A stretch of 41,801 nucleotides of DNA from a phage: the sequence record PZ179881.1. One strand, 5' to 3'. A program made the translations under genes and the position numbers. Positions 38,708-41,801 of the stretch are shown one piece after another (within the stretch, counting starts at the first letter, position 1; the number at the start of each line of letters is the position of its first letter). Below the pieces are notes generated by a model. It worked only from the letters and a program-made list of their open reading frames with translations. It had not been told where the DNA came from and ran no database searches.

Positions 38708-41284
38708 ATGACCACTTCAACCTGGCAACCATTTGCTATAGGTGATGGCGACTATAACACCATGCACACCTGGGCTGGTGATGGTAATGCTGCTCGTGCA
38801 TTTGAGCTTAACTTCAAGGGCGGGTACATTAGCCAGGCTGACGTTAAGGCGTTTATGATTAAGCGCGGTACGAACCAGCAAGTTGACCTCACTGTTAAAT
38901 TTACCAATACGAACACCGTCACTCTGAGCCAGGCCGTACCGGAAGGCTGGGACGTGACTATCTACCGTGACACGCCAAAGGATAAGCCGACGGCATCCTT
39001 CGTGGACGGTGCGCTGATTACCGCAGCTAACCTTGACCGTAACGCACGGCAGGCTATCTTCGGTGTGGCTGAGCTGGCTGACCGGATGGATATCTCACAA
39101 GATACCTCCAACAATGCCCTGGCGACTGCACAGGCTGCTGTGGCGGGTGTGGCTGCTACCCAGGACACCGCCGACCACGCGGTAGGTATCGCCAATGACG
39201 CGGTAACCACTGCCAGAGGCGCAATGACCAAATCCAACCAGGCGCTTGCCCGTGTTGACCAGGCATCCAGCCGCTCGCTGGACGCACTCAACGTGGCTAA
39301 CGAAGCCCTGGACGTCGCTAACTCCCATGTTGACGACAGCAAGAACATTAGCCGCGTTGTCCGTGCTCCGGCAGGTGAAACCCTGGCAGAACTCCCGGCG
39401 CGTGAGCTGCGTAAAGGCAAAGGCCTCTCCTTCGACGTTAACGGCGATATTGTCGCTGTTACCCCGGTTGAAGGTTCTGCCGAAGCCGTGCTACAATCAC
39501 TCCGCCAGCCTAACGGACTGTCCCACATCGGTAACGCCTATGGCACCGCTGGACTGGACACCGCCATCAAGTACCTGACTTTTGAAATGTTCGGTGCTAA
39601 AGCTGGAACCACTACTGACCAGACTGCTGCTATTCAGGCAACGGTCGAAGCAGCCGCCAATACTGGCCTGCCTATCTGGTCTACTGGTGCCTACTTCATG
39701 AACGGTATAGTAACCCTTGATAAAGACGTCAAGATTACTGGTGCTAAGTTCATTGGCCCAGCATCGTCCACTTCTCAGAAGTTCGCGGTGCAGGCTGACG
39801 TTACCTTTGAGTGGTGCTCCTTTGACAAGGTGTACATTCACCACACTGACGGTAACCTGAAAGTTATCAACTTCAACATTGAGAACACCCGCTCCACCGC
39901 TGCAATCTTCTCTGAGAAGGTTGAGTCGAGAGTGACTGTAGAGCTGCGCTATGGCACGTTCCGTAACTGCTACTTCGGTTATCTCCGTCAGGGCGGCTCT
40001 GGCATGGGCCTTCGTGCGAACGTTATGCGCGGACTCCAGTTCTTTGACATGCAGGGTGACTGCATTGAAATGAACCTGTGCATCAACGATGAGTACACTC
40101 TGGTTGAAGACGTAGTAATCGACGTGGTTGACCACCTCGGCACCCAGCCCAATTGGGGCATCGCTATGGGCTTTGCTGGTAAGGGTGACTACGGACTGAC
40201 CGAGGACTACACCAACTACTTCAAGAACCTGACGCTGCGCAACTGCCGTGTGTATGCCGCTCGCCAATGTATCCACATTGAGAAGGGCTACAACTGCCTG
40301 ATTGAGAACGTCGAGCTGTACCCGGATAACAACCGCTCTACCAATGCTGGTATCGAAGCCGCAGGCCTCGTCCTGTATGGCTGCTCCAGCATTTCTGTTG
40401 ACGGTGTTACTGGTTCGCCGATTACTGGTCAGCGTATGCTCTGGGTTACCTGGGGTATCACTGGTGGTCAGTACAAGTCAGCAGGCCGGGATATCTCCTT
40501 CCGCAACGTCAACATCGGCGGTACGGTTGAGATTCACATGGCGGCTACCGACACCTACCCAGCGTTCCTGGAAATCGACCACCTGAATGCAGACAGGCTG
40601 ACCATCATCGGCCACGCCTCTGAGTACAATGTGGCTAACGTCCGGGCTAAGGCTATCGAAATGGAGTTCCACCGCGTTAACAACGACGGTCGTGACTCTG
40701 TACGTCGCCCTTCCCGCTGTGTGGCTAACTTCCGTAACGTCCGCGCCAATCTCATTGCGAACACTGGCGTAACCCTGGGCCGTATGGCCGTGGATGAAAT
40801 GTCCGTATCTGATACGAACTTCCCTCTGCGCAAAACAGCCAGCTCGGTTACCAACCGTGGTACGCCACTGACCAAGATTGACGGCACCTTCTTCCACGAA
40901 GGTAACGGGTTCCCGTGGGGCTACTGGTTCCTGCCAGGCGACCGCATCGTGAACGCACAGGGTACTACCTACACCATCCTGACGGAAGGTTGTCAGTTCA
41001 AGTCCTCTGGCGACACTGTGGTGCGGGCAGCATCCGCTGGAGCTACCCTGCTCCAGGGTAACACCACTGAGAACTGGACTACGGTTTACTGGAAGACGGC
41101 TGGTTGTAAGGTTGTCATTCCGAAAGGTGGTGCAGGCGGCTCTGACCTCCACACTACTATCATCCGCTCTGCCTACATCGGCGGCGGCATCTACACCATC
41201 GGCATCGCTGACCCGCTTGGCGCGGATATCCCTGCGGGGACTGTTATCACGCCGGAAGCGATTTGCACCTATGTAACTAAATAA
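38708..41284 (+). CDS. Tail fibre/tailspike protein with probable beta-helical polysaccharide depolymerase domain
   Basis: 858 aa; preceded by a phage promoter; central/C-terminal region has repetitive Gly/Asn/Thr-rich segments typical of beta-helix tailspikes (domain call from composition, not a search). Confidence 0.7.
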   Translation: MTTSTWQPFAIGDGDYNTMHTWAGDGNAARAFELNFKGGYISQADVKAFMIKRGTNQQVDLTVKFTNTNTVTLSQAVPEGWDVTIYRDTPKDKPTASFVDGALITAANLDRNARQAIFGVAELADRMDISQDTSNNALATAQAAVAGVAATQDTADHAVGIANDAVTTARGAMTKSNQALARVDQASSRSLDALNVANEALDVANSHVDDSKNISRVVRAPAGETLAELPARELRKGKGLSFDVNGDIVAVTPVEGSAEAVLQSLRQPNGLSHIGNAYGTAGLDTAIKYLTFEMFGAKAGTTTDQTAAIQATVEAAANTGLPIWSTGAYFMNGIVTLDKDVKITGAKFIGPASSTSQKFAVQADVTFEWCSFDKVYIHHTDGNLKVINFNIENTRSTAAIFSEKVESRVTVELRYGTFRNCYFGYLRQGGSGMGLRANVMRGLQFFDMQGDCIEMNLCINDEYTLVEDVVIDVVDHLGTQPNWGIAMGFAGKGDYGLTEDYTNYFKNLTLRNCRVYAARQCIHIEKGYNCLIENVELYPDNNRSTNAGIEAAGLVLYGCSSISVDGVTGSPITGQRMLWVTWGITGGQYKSAGRDISFRNVNIGGTVEIHMAATDTYPAFLEIDHLNADRLTIIGHASEYNVANVRAKAIEMEFHRVNNDGRDSVRRPSRCVANFRNVRANLIANTGVTLGRMAVDEMSVSDTNFPLRKTASSVTNRGTPLTKIDGTFFHEGNGFPWGYWFLPGDRIVNAQGTTYTILTEGCQFKSSGDTVVRAASAGATLLQGNTTENWTTVYWKTAGCKVVIPKGGAGGSDLHTTIIRSAYIGGGIYTIGIADPLGADIPAGTVITPEAICTYVTK

Positions 41285-41294
41285 GGAGAATATC

Positions 41295-41483
41295 ATGTGG
41301 CTAGTGGACACCGTAGAGAAGGCGGCTCCCGGTGTCCCGCCCGTCGTAGTGACGGGCCTCACCTTCGCTGGAGTCAGTCTACAGGATTGGGTATACCTAC
41401 TCACCATTGTGTACCTAATCGTGATGATTGGGAAAGGAATTAAGCAACTGTTCTGGGGAGATAAAGATGGCAGAACTAACTGA
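41295..41483 (+). CDS. Holin-like small membrane protein (possible pinholin)
   Basis: 62 aa; two hydrophobic segments (PPVVVTGLTFAGVSL, WVYLLTIVYLIVMIG) and charged C-terminus; AGGAG upstream; sits at the T7 gp17.5 position between tail fibre and terS. Confidence 0.5.
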   Translation: MWLVDTVEKAAPGVPPVVVTGLTFAGVSLQDWVYLLTIVYLIVMIGKGIKQLFWGDKDGRTN

Positions 41484-41801
41484 CGACGAGAAACTCGAAG
41501 TATTCAAGCAGATGCTCGCCGAAATGGACAACGAGAAGCTGGCTAAGCTGCTGCTCAATAAGTCCCTGCAAAAGCTGGCTCTGCTGCTGGAAGAAGACAT
41601 GGCTACCGCTGCCGACTTCAACGTTATCCGGGCAATCCTGAAAGACAACAACATCGGTATCGTGCCGACCCGTGAGAACGCTATGGGTAAACTCCAGGAG
41701 AAGCTCAAAGAGCGCTCCCAGGAAGCGGACAAAGGCAACAACATTATCCCTGTGGACGAACTCACGCAGGTTGATATTGGCGACTTTATTATGAGGCACT
41801 A
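41467..41801 (+). CDS. terS: Terminase small subunit (3' end completed by base 1 of the window)
   Basis: ORF from ATG 41467 (GGGGAG upstream) runs to the last base without a stop; final TA plus window base 1 (A) gives TAA overlapping the terL ATG; helical, charged 111-aa product; called by position. Confidence 0.55.
   Translation, partial: MAELTDDEKLEVFKQMLAEMDNEKLAKLLLNKSLQKLALLLEEDMATAADFNVIRAILKDNNIGIVPTRENAMGKLQEKLKERSQEADKGNNIIPVDELTQVDIGDFIMRH

Noticed and set aside
1-41801. Temperate lifestyle or integrative element
   Set aside because: No integrase, repressor, excisionase or attachment-site-like features were seen; the gene content is that of a strictly lytic T7-supergroup phage.

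Overview
The window appears to be an essentially complete ~41.8 kb genome of a T7-supergroup podophage with a phiKMV/KP34-like gene order, written as a rotated circle that opens at the large terminase gene. All of this is read by eye from the sequence and the ORF track; no searches or computations were run, so family names rest on remembered motifs. All ~48 credible genes are on the + strand. Order: terL (1-1926), an Ig-like domain protein, a SAR-endolysin with overlapping Rz/Rz1 spanins, then ~1.9 kb of mostly non-coding terminal/leader DNA (4000-5936, with one small ORF at 5089-5400) carrying repeat arrays and promoters. Next is a block of ~14 small early ORFans (5089-10902), then primase, helicase, ligase, DNA polymerase, 5'-3' exonuclease, endonuclease VII, a metallophosphoesterase, two nucleotide-related small proteins and a single-subunit RNA polymerase placed directly before the structural module. 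The structural module runs portal, scaffold, capsid, tail tubular A/B, internal virion proteins A/B/C, tail fibre/tailspike, holin-like protein and terS, whose stop codon is completed by base 1 of the window. A phage-RNAP promoter family (yTGAwTTGGCACyCCTATAG) occurs at least four times on the + strand, with one near-perfect copy inverted on the - strand just after the RNAP gene. A short hairpin motif (TGCACTCGCA) recurs at least six times in one orientation. No tRNA, CRISPR, integrase or minus-strand genes were found. I cannot point to one clearly novel system; the best candidates are the ORFan early block, the inverted promoter, the recurring hairpin motif, the 0.5 kb ORF-free gap and the accessory enzymes near the RNAP gene.
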